A stretch of 64,000 nucleotides of DNA from an uncultured Ruminococcus sp. Its GTDB lineage: Bacteria > Bacillota > Clostridia > Oscillospirales > Acutalibacteraceae. The stretch covers positions 2,640 to 66,639 of the forward strand of contig CAYYLP010000005.1 in the NCBI GenBank assembly GCA_964472865.1, in the 5' to 3' direction. The notes under the pieces are model-generated. The model saw nothing but the letters and a program-made list of their open reading frames with translations, was not told the DNA's origin and did not search any database. The position numbers and the translations under genes are program-made. Below, piece after piece: positions 18,149-27,869 of the stretch (position 1 is the stretch's first letter; every line of letters begins with the position of its first letter).

Positions 18149-19462
18149 TTAATCCCAAAGTCCGTCAATATGAACAATTTCTCTGTCGTCTCTGCCCTTG
18201 TTGATCTGCGGGAAATACGAGCCGAAGCGGTACTGCGGCTCACAATCAAATTCAACCTTGATAAGAGGGACATTGAGGATAGGATCGGGATTTTCCTCGG
18301 GAAGATCAAAGAGAATTATCCTGTCGCCCTTAACTTCAAATTTAATCGGCGTACCATCAATAAACGAAATGCTTTTCGGCTCATTGAGAAGTCCGGCAAG
18401 AATCATTCTGCCCTTGTAGGGTGCCCAAATCTTGTTCCACATATAGATAGTGTTGCCCTTGGTTGAAGGACGTGAAACACCGTTGAGTTGGTTTTGGTTG
18501 CCATAGGTTTTCTTGAGCTTACCGTAAACAGCCTCACCGTTTACCTTGAGCCATTCTCCAACCTTGTGAAGCGGCTCGATAACCTCATAGGGAATTGAAC
18601 CATCAGGCCTTGGACCGACGTTGAGAAGTAAATTTCCGCCTCTTTCACAGCAGGTCTGGAGCATACCGACAATTCTTTGCGGCGTGTAGCTGTAAGGACG
18701 TGCCTGATCCGAATCAACATAGCCCCAGCTAATGCCGTTAAAGGTCATACAAGCCTCCCAATCGCTTTCGGAGGGAGTGATATGCTCCTCAGGTGTGCCG
18801 AAATCCTCATCAAGACGGCTTCTGTTATTGATAATTATATCCGGTTGTAAGCTTCTGAGATACTGGTTACGTTCAAGCGAATCCCAGCCCTCCCAGGAAT
18901 CCATCGGTTCCGGAACGTCATACCAAAGTATGTCGATTTTTCCGTACTGCGTGAGAAGCTCGGTATTGAGTGCCTTGAGATAATCTGTGTAACGCTTTCT
19001 TGCCGCGGTGTCATATGCGGCAATACCGCTGTCGGGGTGATGCCATTCCATACAGGTGGAATAGAAACCGATTTTAAGGTTAAATTCACGGCAAGCCTCA
19101 ACAAATTCCTTGACAATATCTCTGTGAGGACCGTAATTTACCGAATTATAGGGGTTAACCTTGGAATCCCAAAGGCTGAAGCCCTCATGATGACGGGTTG
19201 TGAGCACCATATATTTACAGCCTGCATCCTTGGCAAGCCTTGCCCACTCACGGCAACAGCCCTCCTTGGGGCAAAAAGTGTCGGCAAGAGGCTCATACTC
19301 CTCGGGCGGAACATCCTCGCAGAGCATCATCCATTCGTTTCTGCCGATTTGCGAATAAAGACCGTAGTGTATAAACATTCCGAATCTTGCTTCACGCCAC
19401 CATTGGATACGCTGATCTCTGGTTGCGGCGATCGCTTCTTCATATTGAGGTTTTGAAAGCAT
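18149..19462 (-). CDS. Alpha-L-fucosidase (GH29)
   Basis: 437 aa; N-terminal WWREARFGMFIHYGLYS and LTTRHHEGFSLWDS motifs typical of GH29. Confidence 0.8.
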   Translation of the reverse strand: MLSKPQYEEAIAATRDQRIQWWREARFGMFIHYGLYSQIGRNEWMMLCEDVPPEEYEPLADTFCPKEGCCREWARLAKDAGCKYMVLTTRHHEGFSLWDSKVNPYNSVNYGPHRDIVKEFVEACREFNLKIGFYSTCMEWHHPDSGIAAYDTAARKRYTDYLKALNTELLTQYGKIDILWYDVPEPMDSWEGWDSLERNQYLRSLQPDIIINNRSRLDEDFGTPEEHITPSESDWEACMTFNGISWGYVDSDQARPYSYTPQRIVGMLQTCCERGGNLLLNVGPRPDGSIPYEVIEPLHKVGEWLKVNGEAVYGKLKKTYGNQNQLNGVSRPSTKGNTIYMWNKIWAPYKGRMILAGLLNEPKSISFIDGTPIKFEVKGDRIILFDLPEENPDPILNVPLIKVEFDCEPQYRFGSYFPQINKGRDDREIVHIDGLWD

Positions 19463-19621
19463 ATAAAAAACTCCTTTGCTTTTATTACCATTTAAGTTTA
19501 ATTGATTTAATGGTATTTGTCAATAGTTTTAGGTGCTCATATTGGCGAAAAAATGTAAATATACAATAAATTTTTACAATTAAACTCACTTTTTGCTTTT
19601 TCATCGAAATAGAAGCCGCAG

Positions 19622-19650
19622 TTGACACATAGGATTTAATGTGATATAAT
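19622..19650 (+). promoter_or_regulatory. Near-consensus sigma-A promoter facing mntP
   Basis: TTGACA 19622-19627, 17-nt spacer, TGaTATAAT ending at 19650. Confidence 0.65.
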
Positions 19651-19656
19651 AATCCA

Positions 19657-19695
19657 CCGAAACACAAGCCAAATCAGATATTTGGTGTGTTTCGG
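19657..19695 (+). other. Perfect stem-loop at the predicted 5' end of the transcript
   Basis: CCGAAACACA (19657-19666) pairs with TGTGTTTCGG (19686-19695), and CCAAAT pairs with ATTTGG inside. In total 16 bp, a 2-nt bulge and a 5-nt loop; no U-tract follows. Confidence 0.7.
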
Positions 19696-19780
19696 AGAAC
19701 ATTGTATCATATATTACTAAGGTAGGGCGGCTAAAGCCGCCATTATACGGCTTCACCGAAATTTATGGTATAATGCGTAA

Positions 19781-19894
19781 GATTTGAGGGAGTAGATAGC
19801 TCGCAAGAGTGGCAAGTCAACATACCGTTGTATAATGCATCCGGCTTGCCTTAAATAACGAGACTCAGGCGTGGCTTTGCCGTGCCGGTTTTTT
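19781..19894 (+). promoter_or_regulatory. yybP-ykoY (Mn2+) riboswitch with terminator-type expression platform
   Basis: GAGGGAGTAG..., GTCAACATAC and ...ACGAGAC conserved blocks. Followed by hairpin GGCGTGGC/GCCGTGCC plus a T6 run (19889-19894). An extended -10 TGgTATAAT lies at 19766-19774. Sits directly upstream of mntP. Confidence 0.8.
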
Positions 19895-19938
19895 CAGGCA
19901 CAACGGTGTCTGATTTTTAATTTTACGGAGGTCAAATT

Positions 19939-20508
19939 ATGGGATTACTTGAATTGTTTTTGATAGCTGTCGGTCTGTCGATGGATGCTTTTGCCGTTTC
20001 TGTATGCAAGGGACTTTCAACACAAAAGCTCGCCGTCAAGCATTATCTTATTATCGGTGCGTGGTTTGGCGGTTTTCAGGCTCTTATGCCCATCATCGGC
20101 TATTTTCTCGGCTCAACCTTCGAGAAATACATAACCGCATATGACCACTGGATTGCTTTTATTTTGCTCGGCTTTATCGGCGGAAATATGATTCGTGAAG
20201 CACTTTCCAAGGAAGAAGAAAAAGCAAATGACTCGTTTTCAATCAAAACAATGTCGGTTCTTGCTGTTGCAACAAGCATCGATGCACTTGCCGTTGGAAT
20301 AACCTTTGCCCTCCTGCCGGAAGTCAACATCGTTGCCGCAGTTTCGTTTATCGGTGCAATAACCTTTATCATATCCGCACTCGGTCTCAAGGTCGGTAAT
20401 ATTTTCGGAATGAAATACAAAAGCAAGGCGGAATTTGCCGGAGGAATAATCCTCATTCTTATCGGCACAAAGATACTGCTGGAGCATTTGGGTGTAATCA
20501 ATTTTTAA
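19939..20508 (+). CDS. mntP: Manganese efflux pump MntP
   Basis: 189 aa, 6 TM segments, LSMDAFAVS and TSIDALAVG repeat motifs of the MntP/YebN family. Confidence 0.85.
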   Translation: MGLLELFLIAVGLSMDAFAVSVCKGLSTQKLAVKHYLIIGAWFGGFQALMPIIGYFLGSTFEKYITAYDHWIAFILLGFIGGNMIREALSKEEEKANDSFSIKTMSVLAVATSIDALAVGITFALLPEVNIVAAVSFIGAITFIISALGLKVGNIFGMKYKSKAEFAGGIILILIGTKILLEHLGVINF

Positions 20509-20511
20509 AAA

Positions 20512-20550
20512 AACAGCCATGCTTTGCGTTGAGCGAAGCACGGCTGTTTT
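20512..20550. terminator. Bidirectional terminator (mntP / spoIIA-operon end)
   Basis: AACAGCCATGCTT / AAGCACGGCTGTT stem (12 of 13 bp) flanked by an A-run and a T-run. Confidence 0.75.
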
Positions 20551-20723
20551 CAGTTTTGCTTTCTGACAATCTTGTATTCGTCGCCCGAAACATAATATGG
20601 GCAATTATCAAAGGACGCACTGAGAAATTTCATATATTCGTCCTCATCAAGCTCCATTTCGCAGTAATAGGTTTGACTTTCTTCATCAAAGACAAAGTTG
20701 TTGCAATCCTCGCAATTCGTCAT
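20550..20723 (-). CDS. Small Cys-containing protein (57 aa from ATG 20723), unknown function
   Basis: AAAGGAGGG RBS 8 nt before ATG 20723 (MTNCEDCNNF...). Four Cys in all (CEDC, YYCE, NCPYY). Lies 49 nt after the sigF stop with no intervening terminator. The track ORF extends to 20756. Confidence 0.6.
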   Translation of the reverse strand: MTNCEDCNNFVFDEESQTYYCEMELDEDEYMKFLSASFDNCPYYVSGDEYKIVRKQN

Positions 20724-20772
20724 CCTGTGCACCCTCCTTTTTGTATAAGGATACACATTTTCGGCTCATTTG

Positions 20773-21438
20773 TCAAGTGAGCTTTGATTTCATATATTTC
20801 AAAATCTGCTTTTCACGTCGGCTGACCTGCACCTGTGTCATTCCGAGCGACTGAGCCGTTTGAGTTTGGGTTTTGCCCTTAAAATACCTTTGGGTAATCA
20901 GCTCTCTGTCATTTTCGGCGAGACGATCTATAACCTGTTCAACCGCAAGCCGTGTCGAAACGCTTTCCTCGTGATTTGGAACGGGGATATCAAGCTGCGT
21001 GTCGGTTTCATCATCACCGGCGGTCAGGCTCAAAACAGGCATTGAGGCGGCAATCGCCTGTGCCGTTTCAAACTCATCATAGCCGAGGATTTCACTCAGC
21101 TCTCCAACAGTTGGCTCACGGTCAAATTTTTTGATGTATTTTTCTCTCTCGGCAGCAATTTTTCGTCCCTTTTCCTTTAGTGAACGGCTGACGCTGACTG
21201 TGCCGCCGTCACGAAAAATCCGCTTAATTTCGCCAAGAATAACAGGCACGGCATAAGTGGAAAAGGAAAAACCAAGCTCACTGTTAAAGTTGTCAACCGC
21301 CTTAATCAGACCGACACAACCGGCTTGAAAAAGGTCATCATAGTCAACACCCTTTCCTGTGAAGCGATGAGCACAGGAATGAACAAGACCGATATTTTTT
21401 TCAATCATCTCATCCCTATCCGTTTTTGAAGAAATCAT
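20773..21438 (-). CDS. sigF: Sporulation sigma factor SigF
   Basis: Sigma-70 regions 2-4 (DLFQAGCVGLIKAVDNF, ...TQTQTAQSLGMTQVQVSRREK HTH). Third gene after the spoIIAA and spoIIAB homologues; the start overlaps the spoIIAB stop. Confidence 0.85.
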   Translation of the reverse strand: MISSKTDRDEMIEKNIGLVHSCAHRFTGKGVDYDDLFQAGCVGLIKAVDNFNSELGFSFSTYAVPVILGEIKRIFRDGGTVSVSRSLKEKGRKIAAEREKYIKKFDREPTVGELSEILGYDEFETAQAIAASMPVLSLTAGDDETDTQLDIPVPNHEESVSTRLAVEQVIDRLAENDRELITQRYFKGKTQTQTAQSLGMTQVQVSRREKQILKYMKSKLT

Positions 21439-21872
21439 AACCGATCACGCCCATTGATTTTTTTGACCATTGTGACCGATGTGCCCTTTCCCTCCTTTGA
21501 CCTCACCGTGATTTTGTCCATAAAGCTTTCCATAACGGCAAAGCCGAGACCGGCACGTTCGCCGCCGAGTGTTGTGAAAAGCGGCTCCATCGCCTTTTTG
21601 ATATCCGCAATGCCTACTCCCCTGTCACGAACAGTAATCCTTACGGTATTTTCATCACAAATTGCCGCATATATGTAAATTTTTCCCACACAATTCGGAT
21701 AGGCGTGGACAATGCAGTTTGTAACTGCCTCACTCACCGCCGTTTTGATATCCGTAATTTCATCTACCGTCGGATCAAGCTGGGCTGCAAATGCCGCAAC
21801 CGCCGACCGAGAAAAAGCCTCATTGACAGATTTTGAATCTATCGTCATTCTGAAATCATTGCTTACCTTCAT
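21435..21872 (-). CDS. spoIIAB: Anti-sigma F factor (serine kinase SpoIIAB)
   Basis: 145 aa with HATPase motifs EAVTNCIVHAY, RDRGVGI and GGERAGLGF. Confidence 0.9.
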   Translation of the reverse strand: MKVSNDFRMTIDSKSVNEAFSRSAVAAFAAQLDPTVDEITDIKTAVSEAVTNCIVHAYPNCVGKIYIYAAICDENTVRITVRDRGVGIADIKKAMEPLFTTLGGERAGLGFAVMESFMDKITVRSKEGKGTSVTMVKKINGRDRL

Positions 21873-22194
21873 TGCCGACTTCCTCCTTTTTGCTTATTGT
21901 CGCAATTTTTTCAAGCCCCGCAAGCTGCATAACCCGATATGTTTGCGGCGATAAATTTGAAACGATTATTTTACCGCCGAACGGCGACATCGTTCTCACT
22001 CTCCCCATAACAAGACCTACGCCGGACGAATCCATAAAGCTGACGTCACCGTAATCAAGCTTGAGAACCTTGGGCTTGTACTTTTGTATCGCCTCATCAA
22101 TCTCCATACGCAACGCCGAGGCTGTATGGTGGTCAATCTCACCGTCAAGAAAAGCCGTCACTCTCTGCGTTGTTGCAATAATTTTTACAGGCAT
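21856..22194 (-). CDS. spoIIAA: Anti-sigma F factor antagonist (STAS, SpoIIAA)
   Basis: LDGEIDHHTA and the phosphorylatable DVSFMDSSGVG motif. GGAGGGTG RBS before ATG 22194 (the track start 22209 is less likely). Confidence 0.9.
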   Translation of the reverse strand: MPVKIIATTQRVTAFLDGEIDHHTASALRMEIDEAIQKYKPKVLKLDYGDVSFMDSSGVGLVMGRVRTMSPFGGKIIVSNLSPQTYRVMQLAGLEKIATISKKEEVGNEGKQ

Positions 22195-22207
22195 ATAATC
22201 ACCCTCC

Positions 22208-22245
22208 AAAAAAACGATCCTTTACCGTTAATGATAAAGGATCGT
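22208..22245 (-). terminator. Terminator-like hairpin downstream of folC, 13 nt upstream of spoIIAA
   Basis: ACGATCCTTTA (22214-22224) pairs with TAAAGGATCGT (22235-22245). On the minus strand it is followed by T7. Confidence 0.7.
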
Positions 22246-22283
22246 CCTGAAATATTTTGTTGAACTGTTGCAAAGAAATAAAT

Positions 22284-23579
22284 TTATTTTTGTAAACCGT
22301 TGTCACTTAAATACGATTTAATGTCGGATGCCAAATAAAGCGAACCGCAAACAAGCACTGCATCGTCATTTTTTGCTTTTTTCAAAGCACGTTGAAAAGC
22401 TTTTTGCGCAAATGGCTCGGCCTTAACCTTTTTGCAAAAAGGTCTGACTTCTTCGGCAAGTGACTCGGCATCAAGGCTTCTCGGATTCGATGCCTCGGTT
22501 GCGTAAATTCTTTCGCACAAGGGTGCAAGCTTTTCCACGGAATAACGGTGATCCTTGTCACGCATCATACCGTAGACGGCAATAATTTTTTTGTCCGAGC
22601 AAAATTTCTTCAAAGAATAGCAAAGCGCATCTATACCCTCGGCATTGTGACCACCATCTATTATAACAAGCGGTGAGGTTGAAACAATCTCTGTTCTTGC
22701 CGGCATTTTAACCTTTGAAATTCCGTCAATCAAGCTCTTTGCCGTAATGCCCCAGCCGTTTCTTTTGAGCACATTTATCGCCGCAGCCGCCGTTGCAAAA
22801 TTATAAATCTGATGCCTTCCGGTCAGCGGAATTTTAAACGTGCAGCCGGCATAAATAACGGTTGAGCCGTCAAGCTCCTCGCGAACAAGGCGAATTTTGC
22901 TCAATTCATGCTGAAAATACTCGCAATGCTTTTCTTTTGCTTTTTCTTTAATAAAGCGTTCAACGGCAAAATCGGGCTGCGGATAGCTCACAACCTTGCC
23001 GCCCTCTTTGAAAATTCCGCACTTGTGCTCCGCAATTTTCAAAAGAGTGTCGCCCAAAATATCCGTATGGTCAAGCGAAACAGAGGTTATTACGCTGACC
23101 TCGGAGCTTTTGATAATATTGGTTGAATCGAGCAGACCGCCCAAGCCGACCTCAAGAACAACGATATCGCAATTCTTCTTGAGAAAATATAAAAAAGCTG
23201 CAACGGTGATAATTTCAAACTCCGTCGGCTCTATCCCATCGTCGGAAAGCTTTTCAACAACGGGCTTTATTTCTGCAATTATCTCGGCAAGCTCATTTTG
23301 CAAAATCATTTCGCCGTTGAGCTGAATTCTTTCACGGAAATCAACAACAAACGGAGATGTAAAAAGACCGACCCTGTACCCCGCCTCCTTGAGCACCGAG
23401 GCTATCATACAGCAGGTTGAGCCCTTACCGTTTGTGCCGGCAACGTGGACATATTTAAGCTTATCCTGCGGATTTCCAAAGGCATTGCAAAGTGCCTCAA
23501 TACGCTCCATACCGGGACGGCTGCCGAATTTATCCCTTGAATGTATAAAATTTAAGGCTTCATTATAATTCATATTCAC
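22284..23579 (-). CDS. folC: Folylpolyglutamate synthase / dihydrofolate synthase
   Basis: 431 aa, Mur-ligase fold with the P-loop HVAGTNGKGST, immediately downstream of valS as in many Firmicutes. Confidence 0.85.
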   Translation of the reverse strand: MNMNYNEALNFIHSRDKFGSRPGMERIEALCNAFGNPQDKLKYVHVAGTNGKGSTCCMIASVLKEAGYRVGLFTSPFVVDFRERIQLNGEMILQNELAEIIAEIKPVVEKLSDDGIEPTEFEIITVAAFLYFLKKNCDIVVLEVGLGGLLDSTNIIKSSEVSVITSVSLDHTDILGDTLLKIAEHKCGIFKEGGKVVSYPQPDFAVERFIKEKAKEKHCEYFQHELSKIRLVREELDGSTVIYAGCTFKIPLTGRHQIYNFATAAAAINVLKRNGWGITAKSLIDGISKVKMPARTEIVSTSPLVIIDGGHNAEGIDALCYSLKKFCSDKKIIAVYGMMRDKDHRYSVEKLAPLCERIYATEASNPRSLDAESLAEEVRPFCKKVKAEPFAQKAFQRALKKAKNDDAVLVCGSLYLASDIKSYLSDNGLQK

Positions 23580-23599
23580 GCCTCTTTTGTTAAAGCTTC

Positions 23600-23626
23600 T
23601 CTCCCCTTGAAAAATTCAAGGGGAGA
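23600..23626 (-). other. Hairpin between valS and folC (no clear U-tract)
   Basis: 12-bp stem TCTCCCCTTGAA / TTCAAGGGGAGA with a 3-nt loop. Confidence 0.5.
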
Positions 23627-23654
23627 ATATTTCTGTCAGATTTAAATGTCAAAA

Positions 23655-26282
23655 TTATTTCATAAACCTTTCAATGCTCTCGTCAATCATTGCAATCTTG
23701 TCGTGAAGCTTCTGAGCAACTTCACGCTGACCGTCAACAACCGCTTGCGGAGCCTTTGCAACAAAGCTTTCATTATTGAGCTTCTTTTCGATAAATTCAA
23801 GGTCCTTGAGAACCTTTTCCTTTTCCTTGTTGAGTCTTGCAATTTCCTTTTCAAAGTCAACAAGCTCACCGAGAGGAATGTATATCTTGGCGTCGGTGGT
23901 AACAATACAAACCGCACCGTCGATTTCAAAGCTGTCGCTGATTTCAGCCTCCGAGCAGGAAGCAAGTCTTTGCATAAAGATGCCTGCCTTCTCAAAGGTT
24001 TCTTTGTGGGCGGTTGCGATGAAATACTTTGCTTTCTTTGACGGCGGAACATTCATTTCCGCTCTGCGGTTACGGATTGCACGGACAGCTTCCATAATTC
24101 TGTCCATTTCCTGCTCCTCAACTCCGAAATCATACTCCTCACTGAATACAGGCCACTCGGAAATCATTATTGACTCACCGTCGTGCGGCAAGGTCTGCCA
24201 AATTTCCTCTGTGATGAACGGCATAAACGGATGAAGGAGCTTCAAGGTGTTGGACATAATGTAAACCAACATATCTCTTGCCGTCTGAGCAGCTTTTTCG
24301 TCGCCGGAATTGAGACGAATCTTAGCGATTTCGATATACCAATCACAGAATACATCCCAAATGAAATCGTAGAGCTTCTGAACTGCAATACCAAGCTCGA
24401 ACTTATCAAGATTATCCGTTACTTCCTTTGTAAGCTTGTTAAAGAGGCTGAGAATCCATTTATCCTCAAGCGCAAGCTCATCGGGAATATGCGGTGCTTT
24501 TTCATCCTCACCGAGGTTCATAAGAATAAATCTGGCGGCATTCCAAAGCTTATTTGCGAAGTTTCGGCTTGCACCAACCTTTTCGTCGGAGAAGCGCATA
24601 TCGTTTCCGGGGCTGTTACCTGTTGCAAGCGTAAATCTCAAAGCATCTGCACCGTATTGGTCAATAACAATGAGCGGGTCAATACCATTTCCGAGCGATT
24701 TAGACATTTTTCTGCCCTGTGCATCACGGACAATACCGTGAATAAATACGGTGTCAAAGGGTCTGTCACCCATATTTTCAACCGAGGAGAAAATCATTCT
24801 CGCAACCCAGAAGAAGATGATATCATAGCCCGTAACAAGGGTGCTTGTCGGGAAATAATGTGCAAGCTCCGGAGTTTTATCCGGCCAACCGAGGGTTGAG
24901 AACGGCCAAAGAGCCGATGAAAACCAAGTATCCAAGGTATCGGGGTCCTGAGTGAGGTGCGTACAGCCGCATTTCGGACAAGCTGACGGTGTTTCCTTTG
25001 AAACAACAACCTCTCCGCACTCATCGCAGTACCATGCAGGAATTCTGTGACCCCACCAAAGCTGACGTGAAATACACCAGTCCTTGATATTTTCCATCCA
25101 GTGGAAATATGTTTTATCAAAGCGTTCGGGAACAAACTTAACCTGACCGCTCTTTACACACTCAATCGCAGGCTTTGCAAGCGGCTCCATCTTGACGAAC
25201 CACTGCTTGGAAACCTTTGGCTCAATTGAGCTGTGACAACGGTAGCAAACGCCGACATTATGGGAATAGTCCTCAATTTTGACAATTGCACCCTCTTTTT
25301 CAAGGTCCTCAACAATCGCCTTGCGAGCCTCCATCCTGTCCATTCCGGCATACTTGCCCCATTCGGGCTTGATGTGTGCATCATCGGTAAAGGTATCAAT
25401 AACCTCAAGATTATGCCTTAAACCAACCTCAAAGTCGTTCGGGTCGTGGGCAGGAGTAATCTTAACGCAGCCTGTTCCGAAATCCATTTCAACATAATCA
25501 TCGGCAATAACGGGAATTTCACGGTGAACAAGCGGAAGAATAAGTGTTTTACCGACAATATCCTTATAACGCTCATCATTCGGATTAACAGCAACGGCGG
25601 TGTCACCAAGCATTGTTTCCGGTCTGGTTGTTGCAAGCTCAAGATAGCCGCTGCCGTCCTTAAACGGATAGCGAAGATGCCAAAAATGACCTGCCTGATC
25701 CTCATATTCAACCTCTGCATCCGAAATTGATGTCAAGCAATGAGGACACCAGTTTACAATACGCTCTCCGCGGTAAATGAGACCCTTGTTATAAAGATTG
25801 ACAAAGACCTCTTTAACAGCCTTGCTACAGCCCTCATCCATTGTAAATCGCTCTCTGTCCCAGTCACAGGATGAGCCCATTTTTTTGAGCTGCTCAATAA
25901 TTCTGCCGCCGAACTTCTCTTTCCATTCCCATGCTCTTTTGAGGAAGCCGTCACGTCCGATATCGTCCTTTGAAATACCCTCCTGACGCATAGCCTCAAC
26001 GATTTTAGCCTCTGTTGCAATGGAAGCGTGATCCGTTCCGGGAAGCCAGAGCGCATCATAGCCCTGCATTCTTCTGTAACGGATAAGAATATCCTGAAGT
26101 GTGTTGTCAAGTGCATGACCCATATGAAGCTGACCCGTGATGTTCGGTGGCGGTATAACTATTGTATACGGCTTCTTTTCGGGGTCGCATTTTGCGTGAA
26201 AATATTTTCCGTCAAGCCAGAATTTATAAATTCTGTCCTCAACGTCTTTCGGATCATACTGTTTAGCAAGATCTTTTGCCAT
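23655..26282 (-). CDS. valS: Valine--tRNA ligase
   Basis: 875 aa with HIGH ([15 protein letters not shown]) and KMSKS ([10 protein letters not shown]) motifs and a C-terminal coiled coil. Confidence 0.95.
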   Translation of the reverse strand: MAKDLAKQYDPKDVEDRIYKFWLDGKYFHAKCDPEKKPYTIVIPPPNITGQLHMGHALDNTLQDILIRYRRMQGYDALWLPGTDHASIATEAKIVEAMRQEGISKDDIGRDGFLKRAWEWKEKFGGRIIEQLKKMGSSCDWDRERFTMDEGCSKAVKEVFVNLYNKGLIYRGERIVNWCPHCLTSISDAEVEYEDQAGHFWHLRYPFKDGSGYLELATTRPETMLGDTAVAVNPNDERYKDIVGKTLILPLVHREIPVIADDYVEMDFGTGCVKITPAHDPNDFEVGLRHNLEVIDTFTDDAHIKPEWGKYAGMDRMEARKAIVEDLEKEGAIVKIEDYSHNVGVCYRCHSSIEPKVSKQWFVKMEPLAKPAIECVKSGQVKFVPERFDKTYFHWMENIKDWCISRQLWWGHRIPAWYCDECGEVVVSKETPSACPKCGCTHLTQDPDTLDTWFSSALWPFSTLGWPDKTPELAHYFPTSTLVTGYDIIFFWVARMIFSSVENMGDRPFDTVFIHGIVRDAQGRKMSKSLGNGIDPLIVIDQYGADALRFTLATGNSPGNDMRFSDEKVGASRNFANKLWNAARFILMNLGEDEKAPHIPDELALEDKWILSLFNKLTKEVTDNLDKFELGIAVQKLYDFIWDVFCDWYIEIAKIRLNSGDEKAAQTARDMLVYIMSNTLKLLHPFMPFITEEIWQTLPHDGESIMISEWPVFSEEYDFGVEEQEMDRIMEAVRAIRNRRAEMNVPPSKKAKYFIATAHKETFEKAGIFMQRLASCSEAEISDSFEIDGAVCIVTTDAKIYIPLGELVDFEKEIARLNKEKEKVLKDLEFIEKKLNNESFVAKAPQAVVDGQREVAQKLHDKIAMIDESIERFMK

Positions 26283-26321
26283 TGGATTTTTCCTCCTATA
26301 AATTAAATGATATTGTATAAC

Positions 26322-26562
26322 AAAACAAAAACTCGCCTCAAAACATCAGTCTTGAGACGAGCAAAACCCGTGGTACCACTCAAGTTGCATAAAATGCCAC
26401 TCATAAACCTTAACGCAGTCTAACGGAAGGGGTCTACGGCAAAGGCTTTCTTCCCTTCGGCTCGGGAGCTACAAAATGCAAATCGGCTTACCGTCTTTCA
26501 CCAAAGCGACGGCTCTCTGAAAACCGAGCAGTGCAAATCCTCTCCGTCATTGCCTTTTTCTT
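26322..26562 (-). promoter_or_regulatory. T-box leader of valS
   Basis: On the minus strand: AACTTGAGTGGTACCACGGG (plus 26367-26386), terminator CTCGTCTCAA/TTGAGGCGAG plus a T-run, and a possible GUA specifier (plus 26470-26472). Confidence 0.8.
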
Positions 26563-26568
26563 AGAAAT

Positions 26569-26597
26569 ATTTTATCATTACAAGCGTTTTTTGTCAA
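26569..26597 (-). promoter_or_regulatory. Sigma-A promoter of the valS leader
   Basis: Minus strand: TTGACA (26597-26592), 17-nt spacer, TAAAAT (26574-26569). Confidence 0.7.
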
Positions 26598-26607
26598 TAG
26601 CTATTTC

Positions 26608-27867
26608 TCATTTCTCGGGCTGAACGGGGATAATATCCTGCATGGTGACGCTTTCCTTTTCATATTGAGAGGCATATTTTTCTTGATAATAGCTTTCCGC
26701 CGTGCAATCAAACGTGCCGTCGGGCGAATACATTATTACAGTACAGCCACGCTGTGAGCCGAGCTTATATATACCGGGATAGGCAAGGTAATCGACACTC
26801 TTGCCATAGGTCAAGCGTATTCCCTTGTAGTAGAGCGAAAAATTGTTTTTGTGGTCGTGTCCGCAGAAGATTCCCGTGGTCGAGCCGAGCTCTTGAATTG
26901 TTTCAAAAAGCTCATCCTCGCCCATTCCGCAGTAAACTACCTTTTTACTCTCCCCTGCCGTACCGTAAACAAGCTTGACATTCTCTGTATCCTCAAAGCC
27001 GTTATCAACATATTCGTACCAAGCGTCACGGTACTCCGTCAGCGGAATATGGAAATACATTGTTGACTTGACGTCTGATTCTTTAATTCCGAGAGATTTG
27101 CAGGTTTGTGCATTTTCCGCATTGTATTCTTCAACCGTCTGCCTGTACCAATCTATCTGATCCTGCTTGATGTTATCGTATTTCCACATAAAGCCGAAAA
27201 TATCACCGTCGGTATAGGAATGACTGTCCAAAATATAAAGCGACTGCGAAATCACACCGTTGGATTTTTTGATGTTTATTATCTGATTTCCACTGCCGGA
27301 AATGTTTTCCGGACCCGACTGAAACAGACAATAGCTGAAATCCTCCGAGGAATAAAACTCCGCCATATCTTCTCTTGAATAATAGCTGTACGCCTCCGTA
27401 TCGTGGTTGCCGAAGCCGAGTGTCCAATATACGCCAAGCTTTTCCATAAGCTCGGCAAAAATTCTTGCGGAGGCTTTGTTATTGAATGTACCCGATTGAA
27501 ATGGCACGGGATAGCCGATATCGCCCGTGACAATAACCAAATCCGGCTTTTCCGCCGTAACCATTGCCGCAACCGCATTGAGAGCCATACCGTCTTTTTT
27601 GAGACTCATCCAGCCTCCGCCAATATGAACATCCGTGAGCTGCAAGACCTTAAAAGACTCATCCGTCGTAAACGTCCAATTTCCGTTTTTGTCCTTTTCG
27701 GGCACAAGCTGTTTTTCAAATTCAACGGTAGAAAATGATTTTGCCTTTTCAAGATTTGCCTTGTTACCGACAAGCGTTACTCCCACAGTTACCGCAACAA
27801 AAGCCACCAAAGCTACCAAAATTGAAATTAAAGCCTTTAATGCCTTTCCTTTTTTTTCGTTAGACAT
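26608..27867 (-). CDS. Calcineurin-like metallophosphoesterase, N-terminally membrane anchored
   Basis: N-terminal TM helix, then LTDVHIGGG, TGDIGYP, GFGNHD and CGHDH motifs. The start is 2 nt after the upstream CDF stop, with a GAGGTG RBS inside the CDF gene. Confidence 0.8.
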   Translation of the reverse strand: MSNEKKGKALKALISILVALVAFVAVTVGVTLVGNKANLEKAKSFSTVEFEKQLVPEKDKNGNWTFTTDESFKVLQLTDVHIGGGWMSLKKDGMALNAVAAMVTAEKPDLVIVTGDIGYPVPFQSGTFNNKASARIFAELMEKLGVYWTLGFGNHDTEAYSYYSREDMAEFYSSEDFSYCLFQSGPENISGSGNQIINIKKSNGVISQSLYILDSHSYTDGDIFGFMWKYDNIKQDQIDWYRQTVEEYNAENAQTCKSLGIKESDVKSTMYFHIPLTEYRDAWYEYVDNGFEDTENVKLVYGTAGESKKVVYCGMGEDELFETIQELGSTTGIFCGHDHKNNFSLYYKGIRLTYGKSVDYLAYPGIYKLGSQRGCTVIMYSPDGTFDCTAESYYQEKYASQYEKESVTMQDIIPVQPEK

Positions 27868-27869
27868 TT

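Noticed and set aside
19480-19545. Imperfect palindrome TACCATTTAA...TTTAATGGTA overlapping the putative fucosidase promoter, considered as a sugar-regulator operator.
   Set aside because: It has one mismatch in a very AT-rich region and no regulator gene nearby. The evidence is too weak to report as a feature.
24183-24899. 238-aa plus-strand ORF inside valS.
   Set aside because: It is antisense to valS (HIGH/KMSKS present) and shows typical shadow-frame composition.
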